Source of the DNA: an uncultured Chloroflexia bacterium
Lineage (GTDB): Bacteria > Chloroflexota > Limnocylindria > Limnocylindrales > CSP1-4
Length of the DNA: 64,000 nucleotides
Direction: 5' to 3'
Assembly: GCA_963828165.1 (NCBI GenBank)
Contig: CAWHDR010000001.1
Span: 1,152,001-1,216,000 of the forward strand
The notes beneath the pieces are model-generated. The model was not told where the DNA came from and made no database searches. It was given only the letters and a program-made list of their open reading frames with translations. The position numbers and the translations under genes are program-made. Positions 21,037 to 30,852 of the stretch are shown here, piece by piece (positions within the stretch are counted from its first letter, which is position 1; every line of letters starts with the position of its first letter).

Positions 21037-22253
21037 CGGGGCTGGCGACGCCGATCGTCGCCCTGTGACCGACGAGACGCCGGACAGCCCACTCGGAGGC
21101 CTGCAGGTCCTCGAGCTCGCAACGTACGTCACTGGTCCGTATGCCGGCGCGCTGCTCGCCGACATGGGCGCCGACGTTATCAAGATCGAGGAGCGCACGC
21201 GCGGTGATCCCTTCCGGGGTTGGGGAAAGGGTGGATACAGCCCAACGTTCCGGTCGGTCAACCGCGGCAAGCGAAGCATCGCGATCGACCTGCGGACCGA
21301 GGCCGGAAGGTCGGTGGCCGAGGGCATCGCCCGCAAGGCCGATGTCGTGATCGAGAACTTCCGGCCCGGCGTCGTGGAGCGCCTTGGCATGGGCTACGAG
21401 CAAGTGGCGGCCATCAATCCGGCCGTCGTGTACTGCTCGATCTCCGGCTTCGGGTCGAGTGGGCCGTATCGCAATCGCCCCGGCTACGACACCGTCGGGC
21501 AAGCGATGAGTGGCCTGCTCGGACTACTCACGGACCTCGAGGCACCTCGGGCGATGGGCATTTCGCTGTCGGACCACATCACCGGCCTGTACGCGTGCTA
21601 CGGGGTGCTGACGGCCCTCGTCGGAAGGGGACTCAGTGGGAAGGGTCGCCACGTGGAAACGTCGCTTCTCCAGGCCACGACTGCCTTCGTGGCCGAGAAC
21701 GCGGCGCGATACCTCGATGACGGCGATGTGCCCACCCGGGCCACGCGGGCGCACATCGCTCAGGCCTACGCATTCACAGCGGGCGATGGCCGTCCGTTTG
21801 TCGTGCACCTGTCCTCACCCCCGAAGTTCTGGCTTGGATTGGTCGAGGTCGTCGGCCAGCCGAATCTCGAGCGTCGACGAGCGCTTCGTCGACCGTGCGG
21901 CACGGATCGCGAACTACGATCACCTGCACGAGATTCTTCAAGCAGCGTTCGCGGCCGCTCCTCGCGAACATTGGTTGGCGCGGCTCGAGACGGCGGACGT
22001 CCCGGCTGGGCCCTTGAACAGCATGGATGAGGCCATGACTGATCCAGGGGTCGAAGCCCTTGGCCTCGTGCAGCACGTCGTGCACCCCACGGCCGGCGCC
22101 ATGCGGCTCCTTGGGAGCGGGGTGACGCTCGATCGCCACCCGGACCTGGTGGGTCCACCGCCGCTCCTGGGGGAGCACACTGAGCCGATCCTGGTCGAGC
22201 TCGGCTACAGCCCTGCCAGCATCGCCCGACTGCGAAAGGAGGAGGTGATCTAG
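21017..22253 (+). CDS. Family III CoA-transferase (CaiB/BaiF); frameshift near 21872
   Basis: GPYAGALLADMGADVIKIE, NRGKRS, ENFRPG, SISGFG, PGYD, PPLLGEHT. Confidence 0.9.
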
Positions 22254-23057
22254 GTGCGTACGTCGCTCGGCCGCGCCGAAACCGATCGGGTCTTGGTTCG
22301 CGGACGCGACTTAACGGGCGAGCTCCTGGGAAAGACCACCTTCGCGGACATGGTGTCGATCATTCTCCTAGGGCGGCAGCCGTTGGTCGCAGAGGCCAAG
22401 ATGATCGACGCTCTCCTCGTCGCGCTCGTCGAACACGGACTCGTCAAGCCTGTGGTCGTCGCCCGTTTCGTGTACAGCAACGCGCCGGAGTCCCTGCAGG
22501 CGGCGGTCGCGGCGTCCCTGCTCGGTGCCGGCAGTCGCCACCTCGGATCGTCGGAGTGGTGCGCGCAGGTCCTGCAGGTGACGCTGCGTGGGTCGTCAAT
22601 CTCGGACGACCTCAGGACCATGGCCGCGCGTGTCGTCGACGACCACGCCGCCCGGCGCGAACGCATCCCCGGCATTGGCCACAGGACGCACCCCGACGGC
22701 GACCCGCGTGCGGAGCGGCTTTTCGAGATCGCGACCGGGACGGCCACCTACGGACGGCACTGCGCCCTGCTTCGGGAGATCTCCGACGAGGCTTCGCGGC
22801 GGCGGGAAACGCCCCTCGCGGTCAATGTGACTGGTGCGATCGCGGCCATCGCGAGTGACATGGGTTTCCGGTGGGAGATCGTCCGCGGCTTCGCGTTGAT
22901 CAGCCGAACCCTCGGGGCGCTGGGCCACATCCAGGAGGAGATGGCCGAGCCGCTCTCCGATGAGCTCGTCCGCGAGATCCAGCGCTCTGTCGAGTACGAC
23001 CCGGGCGCGGAAGTCGGGGTCGACGCCGAGTCCTCAGGGCGGCGGGATGGCGTCTGA
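22254..23057 (+). CDS. Citryl-CoA lyase / citrate synthase-fold protein
   Basis: VRGRDL, EHG, HLG, IPGIGH..H..DPRA, NV.GAIAA, R..G..GH. Confidence 0.82.
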   Translation: MRTSLGRAETDRVLVRGRDLTGELLGKTTFADMVSIILLGRQPLVAEAKMIDALLVALVEHGLVKPVVVARFVYSNAPESLQAAVAASLLGAGSRHLGSSEWCAQVLQVTLRGSSISDDLRTMAARVVDDHAARRERIPGIGHRTHPDGDPRAERLFEIATGTATYGRHCALLREISDEASRRRETPLAVNVTGAIAAIASDMGFRWEIVRGFALISRTLGALGHIQEEMAEPLSDELVREIQRSVEYDPGAEVGVDAESSGRRDGV

Positions 23058-24290
23058 GGTCGGGGCATTCACCGGGGCAGCGGGGAGCGCAGCCGACCGT
23101 CTGGCTTCTATGGACGCGACGACACCGAGAGGGACCAGGATCAGACAGGCGAGCAAGGCGCCGACGGCTCCGAAAGTCGCCGCGATGATCCCACCGAGCA
23201 ATGCCGTGGCTGGCCGCGATCCTAGGTGCGCCAGCGTGTGGATAGAAAGCACCCGGCCACGGAACTCGTCCGAGACGGTCTCCTGAAGGAAAGCGGTGGA
23301 GGACGTGAATGCCAAGGCGTGGCCGACCCCAATCACAGACAGCCCGAGCAGCCCGATCGCAACGTTCGGCGCGGTAATCGCGATGAGGAGCCCGGCACCA
23401 CCACATAGGAAGCCCGCGATCGGGACTTCGACGTGCTTACTATCGCGAAACGCCGGGAAAACACGGAAAGCCAGGAGGCCGACGACCGATCCGACGCTCA
23501 CGGCCGCGATGACTACTCCGGCGAAGGCGTCCGACCCAGCGAAGATCTCGACGGCGATTAGCGGACTCAGCGTGCGGACGATCTCCGGAAAGACCCCGAC
23601 CGCCAGGACCGCGGCCAAGGTCGCCCGGATTCGACGATGGGCCCAGGCGTGGGCGACCCCGTCCCGCATCGCACGCCCGGCGTTCGTCCCGGGGATGATC
23701 CCCGACGGCGAAAGCGGCAGGGACGACATCGCCCACACCGGGATGAGGAAGGTGATCGCGTTGAGCGCGAAGGCTGATGCTGGAGCGTCCGCCAGAAGGA
23801 ACGCCGAGGCGAGCAGGGGCCCGACGAGCTGCCCAATCGAGAATTGCATGGTGACAGCAGCGGTCGCCTCCGTCAGTTGGGCCCGCGGGACTAGCGACGG
23901 CACCATCGCGACGAGCGCCGGCTTGGCGAGGGCATACGAGCCATGCGTTGTAAACGCGACCAGCGCGATCAATGGCCACGATGCCTGCTCCGCCCAGATC
24001 GTCACGGCGGCGACAGCTGCAGCGGCGGCCGCGACCAGGTGGGTTGCGACGACGACTTGGCGTCGGTCGACGCGGTCTGACAGCACGCCCGCCGGCAAGG
24101 ACAACACCAGCAAGGGCAGGAACGAGACAAATCCCAGGATACCGACGTACAGGGCCGAGCCGGTGAGTTGGAACACAGTGACGGCGGCCACGACGTTCTG
24201 GAGCCACGTCCCGATGTTGCTCAGCATTCCCGAGACCCAGTACCGCCTAAACGCGGGCCGGCGGAAGAGCGCCACCCGATCTGCCGTCAT
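23034..24290 (-). CDS. MFS transporter (MFS_3/EntS-like)
   Basis: SNIGTWLQ, AGVLSDRVDRR, GQLVGP, RGRVLS. Confidence 0.85.
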   Translation of the reverse strand: MTADRVALFRRPAFRRYWVSGMLSNIGTWLQNVVAAVTVFQLTGSALYVGILGFVSFLPLLVLSLPAGVLSDRVDRRQVVVATHLVAAAAAAVAAVTIWAEQASWPLIALVAFTTHGSYALAKPALVAMVPSLVPRAQLTEATAAVTMQFSIGQLVGPLLASAFLLADAPASAFALNAITFLIPVWAMSSLPLSPSGIIPGTNAGRAMRDGVAHAWAHRRIRATLAAVLAVGVFPEIVRTLSPLIAVEIFAGSDAFAGVVIAAVSVGSVVGLLAFRVFPAFRDSKHVEVPIAGFLCGGAGLLIAITAPNVAIGLLGLSVIGVGHALAFTSSTAFLQETVSDEFRGRVLSIHTLAHLGSRPATALLGGIIAATFGAVGALLACLILVPLGVVASIEARRSAALPAAPVNAPTSDAIPPP

Positions 24291-24343
24291 GACCGCGCCA
24301 AGGCGGTCAAGATCCGTGCGAGGCCGCCGTCAACTGGCAAGAT

Positions 24344-24393
24344 TGCCCACGAGACCTCACAAAGTGCATACAATCACGTTGCCATTGTCCACG
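24344..24393. promoter_or_regulatory. Triple operator boxes TGCCCACG (24344), TGCATACA (24365) and TGTCCACG (24386), each 21 bp apart
   Basis: Between the divergent MFS and amidohydrolase genes. Confidence 0.7.
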
Positions 24394-24452
24394 GTACTGA
24401 GCCGCGGTTCAAGTGGGTCGGTCATGTCCCTTTATGAGAAGGAGCTCCCCGG

Positions 24453-25283
24453 ATGATCGTTGACGAGCGCGGCACCGAATACTTCGTGTTCGATGATCAC
24501 ACCCACATGGGGCCAAGGGCCAACCCGTCGCTCGCCTTTCCGTCGGCGTTCGACCTTGGCGAGATGCTCGGTGACATGGACCGCTCCGGGGTCGACATGG
24601 CCGTCGCGTTCCCGCGATCGAACCCGGTGACGGACTACCGAACGGAGAACGAACTGATCCTCTCCTTCCAGGAGAAGCACCCCGACCGGATCGCGGCCTT
24701 CGCCCGGATCCAGCCCTTCTTCAAGGCGACCGGGCCGTCCGACATCCGGGAGTACGCCGGCCGGGGCGTTCGCGGCCTCAAGTTCCACCCGATTATCGAC
24801 GGGGGCAACAACGCGGTCAACAATCGGGAGCTTATGTTCCCCTTGATGGAGGAGGCGGCCCGCCAGAAGATGACGGTTTTGATCCACAGCGGGTCGCACT
24901 GGAACTGCACGCCCTCGCTCATCGGCGACTTGGCGGCCCATTTTCCCGACGCAAAGGTCATCGTCGGCCACACCGGGCTGTGGGACAACCACCAAGAAGC
25001 GATCGCCACCGCCAAACGCGTCCCCAACCTGTACCTCGATGTCTCCGAGCTCGCAGGGCCGGCGATCGTCCGTCTCGTCGTGCGTGAGGTGGGGGCCGAG
25101 CGTGTAATGTTCGGCTCGGACCATCCCATGAGCCCGTTCGGCTTCGAGCTAGGCAAGATCGCCAAGTACGCGGAGCTCAGCGACGAGGAGCTGCATCTGG
25201 TCCTGGGCCGAAACATCGCGAGGCTGCTGGGGATCGAGCCGACCACGGACGGGCGTCCGCGCGTGCCTGTCGCCGCCCTCTAG
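24453..25283 (+). CDS. Amidohydrolase_2 family metal-dependent hydrolase/decarboxylase
   Basis: DDHTH, GLKFHP, IHSG, VGHTG, NLYLD.S, FGSDHP. Confidence 0.85.
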   Translation: MIVDERGTEYFVFDDHTHMGPRANPSLAFPSAFDLGEMLGDMDRSGVDMAVAFPRSNPVTDYRTENELILSFQEKHPDRIAAFARIQPFFKATGPSDIREYAGRGVRGLKFHPIIDGGNNAVNNRELMFPLMEEAARQKMTVLIHSGSHWNCTPSLIGDLAAHFPDAKVIVGHTGLWDNHQEAIATAKRVPNLYLDVSELAGPAIVRLVVREVGAERVMFGSDHPMSPFGFELGKIAKYAELSDEELHLVLGRNIARLLGIEPTTDGRPRVPVAAL

Positions 25284-25301
25284 GGCGGTGAGCTCTTACC
25301 G

Positions 25302-26192
25302 ATGACCGCGATGAAGATCGGCGTGATCGGCCTCGGCCGGATGGGTCGACCGATGGCTCAACACATGGTTCGGGCCGGCCACTCCGTCTACGGATACGAC
25401 CCTAGGATGGGGGAAATCTTCGGTGGCGAGACTGCTGGGATCGCGCTCCGGGGTTCCCCGGCGCTGGTGGGGGCGGAAGCCGACCTGACGTTCCTGGTCG
25501 TCGGTTTCGATGACGAGGTCCTTGAGGCCTGCCTGGGCCGCGATGGGGTCTTTTCGACCGCGCGCAGCGGCTCGATCGTCGCCATCTGCAGCACCGTCCG
25601 CGTCGAGACGATCATCACCCTTGATTCCTCGGCGGCCGAGCATGGCATCGCTATGCTCGATGCCCCGCTCTGTCGCGCCGAGCACGCGGCTGTGTCGGCT
25701 GACCTTCTCGTTCTCGTAGGCGGCGACCGAGAGACCCACTTGAAGGCAGAACCGGTGATGCGGGCCTTCGCTACCGATATCGCCTACCTGGGCGGCCTCG
25801 GCGCGGGTCAGGTGGGAAAGATGGTCAACAACTACGTGCTTTGGGCGACGGTCGTCGCGAATTACGAAGGGCTGCGGCTCGGGCAGGCAGCCGGCCTGGA
25901 ACTCGAGCCGCTGCGCCAGGCGCTGCTTCTCAGCAGCGCCGACAACTGGGCGCTGGAAACGTGGCGCAAGGGTCGCCCGATGCCGTGGGCGGAAAAGGAC
26001 ATGACCATCGTGCTCGAAGCGGCGGGATCGCTCGGCCTGGATCTTCCACTGGCGGACTCGGTCCGTGTCGCTATCGCTGAGGTCCGCGGGCTGAAGGAAC
26101 GCTGGCGAACGTCGAACGGGGTCGCCCCAGGTGGCGATGCGGACAGCATGGACGCCTTCATGTCGGCGACGGCGCCCGAGGTTCGGCACTGA
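25302..26192 (+). CDS. NAD(P)-dependent beta-hydroxyacid dehydrogenase (3-hydroxyisobutyrate DH family)
   Basis: GVIGLGRMGRPMA, LDAP, GAGQVGKMVNN, KDM. Confidence 0.88.
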   Translation: MTAMKIGVIGLGRMGRPMAQHMVRAGHSVYGYDPRMGEIFGGETAGIALRGSPALVGAEADLTFLVVGFDDEVLEACLGRDGVFSTARSGSIVAICSTVRVETIITLDSSAAEHGIAMLDAPLCRAEHAAVSADLLVLVGGDRETHLKAEPVMRAFATDIAYLGGLGAGQVGKMVNNYVLWATVVANYEGLRLGQAAGLELEPLRQALLLSSADNWALETWRKGRPMPWAEKDMTIVLEAAGSLGLDLPLADSVRVAIAEVRGLKERWRTSNGVAPGGDADSMDAFMSATAPEVRH

Positions 26193-26201
26193 GACACTGA
26201 A

Positions 26202-27050
26202 CTACCGCTGAAGGCGCTCATCGAGGAATGCGCCCACGATCCGCGCGATCGTCGGCGCGTGCTCATCGACCATGAAGACGCCGCCCTCCGGGACCATCAC
26301 GACGCGGCTGTCGCGGAACAGCCGTGCTGCGGCTTCCTGGCCGGCGCGCGACAGGACGTCTCGCCGCCCCGCGATCAAGAGCGTGGGGCAGCGAACCAGG
26401 GGCGCCCTCGGGCCGACATCGAACGGGAATGTCTCGGCATAGACTAGGTCGTAGCGCGTCGCGGCCAGCGTGTCGACCAACTCTCGATGCAACAGGTCCG
26501 GGCTGGAGGTAGGCGACAGGGCCCGTAGGCGCTCCCACTCGCGTTTGACGTGGCCCGCATCCGCCTCCGGGATCATCGGAAGGACCGTCTTCGCCCGCCA
26601 CCGCCGCTCGCGCTCTTCCGGTGTCCCGTAGTACGGAAGGCCGGCTAGGACGAGGGCACTGACGCGATCGGGCGCGATAGCCGCGATCTCGACCGCGACT
26701 TTCGCCCCGGTATGGTGGCCCATCAGAACGACGGGTCCGTCGATGCCCAGGTCGTCCAGGAATCGGAGCGTCGATTCGGCTAGGCGCGACACGCCGGAGG
26801 CGGCAGCGCCCGCGTCGGACCCACCGAACCCCGGGAAATCCATCGCGATCGGCGTGTACCCACCATCGGCAAGGAAGGGCATCACGGCCTCGTACATCCG
26901 CGAGGAGCTCGAAACCTGGTGCAGCAGGAGCATCGGCTGGCCGTCGCTGGTCCGCAGCGAGCGGTAGTGGACCTGGCGGCCGGGCGGGCCGACATAGGCA
27001 CGGGCGACCCCGTCCGACGATCCGGTGTCGGCCGGATTATCGATGCGCAC
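26202..27050 (-). CDS. Alpha/beta hydrolase-fold protein with non-canonical GHHTG elbow
   Basis: LLLHQ, DFPGFGGSD, MGHHTGA, PDRVSALVL, PTLLIAG; start approximate. Confidence 0.78.
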   Translation of the reverse strand: MRIDNPADTGSSDGVARAYVGPPGRQVHYRSLRTSDGQPMLLLHQVSSSSRMYEAVMPFLADGGYTPIAMDFPGFGGSDAGAAASGVSRLAESTLRFLDDLGIDGPVVLMGHHTGAKVAVEIAAIAPDRVSALVLAGLPYYGTPEERERRWRAKTVLPMIPEADAGHVKREWERLRALSPTSSPDLLHRELVDTLAATRYDLVYAETFPFDVGPRAPLVRCPTLLIAGRRDVLSRAGQEAAARLFRDSRVVMVPEGGVFMVDEHAPTIARIVGAFLDERLQR

Positions 27051-28761
27051 AGACGACGTCGACGAGCGCGGGCCGGCCCTCGCTCGCAACCACTTGGGCC
27101 GCTCGCTCGACGCTCGCCCTGACGTCGCCGGGTCGCTCGACGGGACCTTCAGCCCACCAGCCGAACGAGCGAGCCAGCTGAGCGAAATCGATACTCGGCC
27201 CGTCGATCTCGATGCCGATCGCCGCTCGCTCGATCGGAGTCCCGCGGTGCCGCGCCATGAGTATCTGATGGTGCCAGTCGTTGTAGTACGCCCGGTTGTT
27301 GTACATGACGAGCAGGAGCGGCAACCGATTCGTGGCGGCGACCCAAAGCGAGGCGGGATCGAATAGCAGGTCGCCGTCCGGCTGGAGGCCGACGACCAGG
27401 CGGCCCTTGCCGCGGTGGGCCAGGGCCACACCCAGCGACATACCAATCTGCGTGGCCGTACCCAGGCTCTTGCCCGGGTGCCGGTACGCGCGATCGAAGT
27501 CCCAGACCCGGGTCGCCCACTCGTTGAGCGTCCCGGCGGCGAGCACCCAATCATGCTCCCGCACGACAGACCAGACTTCCGAAGCCAGCCAGGCGGGCGC
27601 GACGGGGCGGTCATCGGCATGCTTGACGGCTTCCCGCTCCCAGTCCGATCGCATCTGGCGATGAGCGGCCCTAATCCGAGCCCGACGCTGCTCGCGTGCC
27701 TCTTGCTGCGTCCCCGCCTCCGAGCCGAGCAGTTCCTGGCATCGTGCGAGGAGGAGGGGCAGCGCAACGGCCGTGTCCGACGGCACCTGGACGTCGACGG
27801 GCAGCGGCGCGCCCTGGTGCTGGACCCAGGACGATGCGTGCAGGTCGCCGAATCCGACGTCGATCAGGCGCGCACCCTCGGCGAGGCGGGAGCTGTCGCG
27901 CGTCTGGGTCTCGGTTTGCGACACAGCCCGCAGGAGATCCTTGACGTCAAGGAAGACAACGACATCAGCGGTGTCGGGGACACCGAGTCCTGTCAGGTTC
28001 ATCGGGTGCGTGTTGGGCGCGCTGAGGCGGGAGCCGGTATCGATGATGCGAGCTCCGAGCAGCGTGGCTAGCTGCGGGATCAATGTGAACGCGGCGGGAT
28101 CACGACCGGCGTAGCCCGTCACGATCACCGGCTCCTCGGCCGCGACGAGCATCCGGGCAGCCGCATCCAGACGTTGTGGGTCGGGTCCGTGTCGGCCGAC
28201 CGACGTGATTCGTTCATCCGCGATCGATCGCCGGACCTCAGTTGGCTGTTCCTGAAGGTCCGCATCGATGGCGACATATACGGGGCCGGCAGGCTCGCCG
28301 ATGGCTAAGCGATAGGCCCGCAGGAGGCTGTCCGGGATGGCGGCGATCGAGGCTGGCTGATCGTCCCACTTCACGAAGTCCCGAACGGCGTTCCCCTGGA
28401 CGTTCGCCGTGTGGATCCAGTCGATCTCGGGTCGCCGCCTCATCGTATCCATCGGCCCTGCGCCGCCCAGGACGATGACTGGGCAGCGGTCCGTTGTCGC
28501 GTAGAACAGGCCGAGACTGCCATGGAGCAGTCCGACCACATCGTGGACTATCGCCGCCATCGGCCGGCCAGTGGCTTTGGCAAAGCCGTGGGCAATGTTG
28601 ATCGCGATCTTCTCGTGTGGACACAGGATGATCGACGGCGCGTCCGACCGATTGACAAGTGAGTCATGGATCCCGCGGAAGCTCGCGCCCGGGTTCAACG
28701 CCACATGTTCGATTCCGAGGTCGATGAGGCCATCAACCACGACGTCAGATCCATATCGCAT
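27037..28761 (-). CDS. Thiamine diphosphate-dependent enzyme (benzoylformate decarboxylase/AHAS-like)
   Basis: NPGASFRG, HE..A..AHG.AKATG, HD.VGL, QPDGDLL...NNRAY, GRPALVDV. Confidence 0.88.
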   Translation of the reverse strand: MRYGSDVVVDGLIDLGIEHVALNPGASFRGIHDSLVNRSDAPSIILCPHEKIAINIAHGFAKATGRPMAAIVHDVVGLLHGSLGLFYATTDRCPVIVLGGAGPMDTMRRRPEIDWIHTANVQGNAVRDFVKWDDQPASIAAIPDSLLRAYRLAIGEPAGPVYVAIDADLQEQPTEVRRSIADERITSVGRHGPDPQRLDAAARMLVAAEEPVIVTGYAGRDPAAFTLIPQLATLLGARIIDTGSRLSAPNTHPMNLTGLGVPDTADVVVFLDVKDLLRAVSQTETQTRDSSRLAEGARLIDVGFGDLHASSWVQHQGAPLPVDVQVPSDTAVALPLLLARCQELLGSEAGTQQEAREQRRARIRAAHRQMRSDWEREAVKHADDRPVAPAWLASEVWSVVREHDWVLAAGTLNEWATRVWDFDRAYRHPGKSLGTATQIGMSLGVALAHRGKGRLVVGLQPDGDLLFDPASLWVAATNRLPLLLVMYNNRAYYNDWHHQILMARHRGTPIERAAIGIEIDGPSIDFAQLARSFGWWAEGPVERPGDVRASVERAAQVVASEGRPALVDVVCAHR

Positions 28762-28764
28762 CGA

Positions 28765-29586
28765 TCAACCTTCCTGACGACGTGGTGTTCCAGCGGACGG
28801 GGGGAGCAGTCCGCGCTGCGAGAGAAACGCGAGGACCCGTCCGTCGTACTCCCAGGGCTGCTCGAGGTTCGGGGCGTGCCCCGCGCCATCGATGGTCTGG
28901 TGCTCGGCGCCGACGATGGATCTCGCGAGTTCGAGGCTGCCGGCCCAGGCCTTATCCTCGGATCCGGCGAGCACGAGCGTGGGACATCGGATGCGCGCTT
29001 CCGGTGGCGGGTCGGGCGCGACCGTGCTCGCGTCGTACATCCGCAAGATGCTGTCGAGGTCAGCTAGGTCGGCGCGGTCGGCGTAGATCGTCGCGAGGTA
29101 GCCCCCGATCGCCGTATCGCGGAAGCCCGGCGAGAACAGCTCGGAGACGTAATCGGCCCGGTAGCCAAGGCCACGCGCCGCGAACTCGTTTCGTCGAGCG
29201 AGCGCAAATTCACGAGATCCGGTCGGCCCACGAGTCCCGGACAGGATCAGGGCACTAACCTCGTCCGGGTGGGTCGCTGCGATCTCTTTTGCGACGCGCG
29301 CTCCTAGCGAGACGCCGGCGACGATGTAGGGCGGGGGCGCGATCCGGGTCAGGGTCGTCCAGACCGAGTCCGCGACGTCCGGGATGGTCACTCCCACGGG
29401 GGCGGGACCGGATTCGCCATATCCGGGCAGATCGACGGCGACCGTCCGGAACCAGGCCGAGAAGTGGGCCAGCTGATATGCCCAGGCCCACGAGTCGAGC
29501 GGATTCGGGTGGAGCAGGGCGAACGCCGGGCCCCTTCCGGCCTCGCGATGGAACAAGCGCCGCGGGATCACGTCAGGCCGGCCCAT
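28765..29586 (-). CDS. Alpha/beta hydrolase (serine hydrolase, PcaD/RutD-like)
   Basis: DLPGYGES, GVSLG, GSED, GAGHAPNLEQP. Confidence 0.85.
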   Translation of the reverse strand: MGRPDVIPRRLFHREAGRGPAFALLHPNPLDSWAWAYQLAHFSAWFRTVAVDLPGYGESGPAPVGVTIPDVADSVWTTLTRIAPPPYIVAGVSLGARVAKEIAATHPDEVSALILSGTRGPTGSREFALARRNEFAARGLGYRADYVSELFSPGFRDTAIGGYLATIYADRADLADLDSILRMYDASTVAPDPPPEARIRCPTLVLAGSEDKAWAGSLELARSIVGAEHQTIDGAGHAPNLEQPWEYDGRVLAFLSQRGLLPPSAGTPRRQEG

Positions 29587-30808
29587 CCGCGGCCTCCTTT
29601 CGTTTCTGGGTCGCCAAGGGATTTGCGGGCATCGTGCTCATGATCAGGGCCGCGACCAAATAGCTCGCCGCCATGAGAGTGAACCCGGCCCCGAAGCCGG
29701 CGATATGGATGATGCCACCGAGGATGACGGCCCAGAGCGCTCCGACTCCGAACGTGATTGCGAAGAAGAGGGAGAACGCCGAATCTCGCTCGCCCGGCTC
29801 CGTCCGGTCGGCGAGGATCGCCTGGAGGATGGGCGATTCGGAGAACACCGCCATCCCGAAAGGCACCAACGCGATGATCAGTGCGATGAGATTCGTCCCT
29901 GCCGCGAAAAAGAGGAGGACCCCGCCCGCGGACGCGAGGTAGTAGAGGATGGCCACCTTTCGCCGTCCGTGCCGGTCGGAAAGGTAGCCCGCGAGGAGAG
30001 GCCCGACGACGCTGCCAACGAGCAGCAGGGTATAGAGGACGGAGACCACCCCATGGGCGTATCCGAGTGGCCCGCCGAGATAGAGGAGCACGAACGGCGC
30101 GATCAGGAGTCCGCGGCCGCCCGCGACGATCGTCGCGACCGCGATGAGCGTTGCGAGCTCCCGTCGACGAGCGAACGACCACCGACGTGGAGGCGCGGCT
30201 GAGGACTGCGCGGGCCTCGCCACCGGGACCTCTCGGATCAGGATGGGGACCACGAGGCCCATGACCAGGGCCGGGATCGCGAACAGGGCGAGAGTGACGT
30301 TCCATCCGGCGAGCGCGATCATCCAGGCGCCGAGGATGGGGATCGCGACCGCTCCGAGGTTCGCCCCAGCCGTATGGGCGCTGATCGCAAGTCCGCGCCG
30401 GGAGGGCGTGACGTGATCGCTGATCAACGCCGTCCCGAGGGGATGCTGCGGACTGCCCCCGAGCCGCGCACCCGCCAGAGCGATGACGAACTGCCTGGGT
30501 CCCTGCGATAGGCCCACCAGGACGAGGCTGATCCCGAGCACGACGTAGCCGACCGCCAGCACCCGGACGCGCGACACGCGAGCGACCAGCGTCCCGTACG
30601 CGATCTGCGAGAAGCCTCCAACCAGATCGGTGATCGCGATGATCGCGCCGATCGAGGCCGCCGTTAGTCCGAACTGAGCGCTGACGGAGACGTACACGAG
30701 AGGCATCAGCGCCACCTGAGCATGGATGATCGCGTGGGCGAAGGACATCAGCCCCAGGACAGTCCGAGGCTTTGGTGCTCCGCTGAGTGGCCTGGAGGCC
30801 GTGTGCAC
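29573..30808 (-). CDS. MFS transporter
   Basis: Multiple TM segments, HP.G, RRGLAIS.H..G.NLG, GYLSDRHGRR. Confidence 0.85.
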   Translation of the reverse strand: MHTASRPLSGAPKPRTVLGLMSFAHAIIHAQVALMPLVYVSVSAQFGLTAASIGAIIAITDLVGGFSQIAYGTLVARVSRVRVLAVGYVVLGISLVLVGLSQGPRQFVIALAGARLGGSPQHPLGTALISDHVTPSRRGLAISAHTAGANLGAVAIPILGAWMIALAGWNVTLALFAIPALVMGLVVPILIREVPVARPAQSSAAPPRRWSFARRRELATLIAVATIVAGGRGLLIAPFVLLYLGGPLGYAHGVVSVLYTLLLVGSVVGPLLAGYLSDRHGRRKVAILYYLASAGGVLLFFAAGTNLIALIIALVPFGMAVFSESPILQAILADRTEPGERDSAFSLFFAITFGVGALWAVILGGIIHIAGFGAGFTLMAASYLVAALIMSTMPANPLATQKRKEAADGPA

Positions 30809-30852
30809 CTCAGACGTCGCGCGACGGTGTCGGCGACGTCCAGGCCCCAGCG

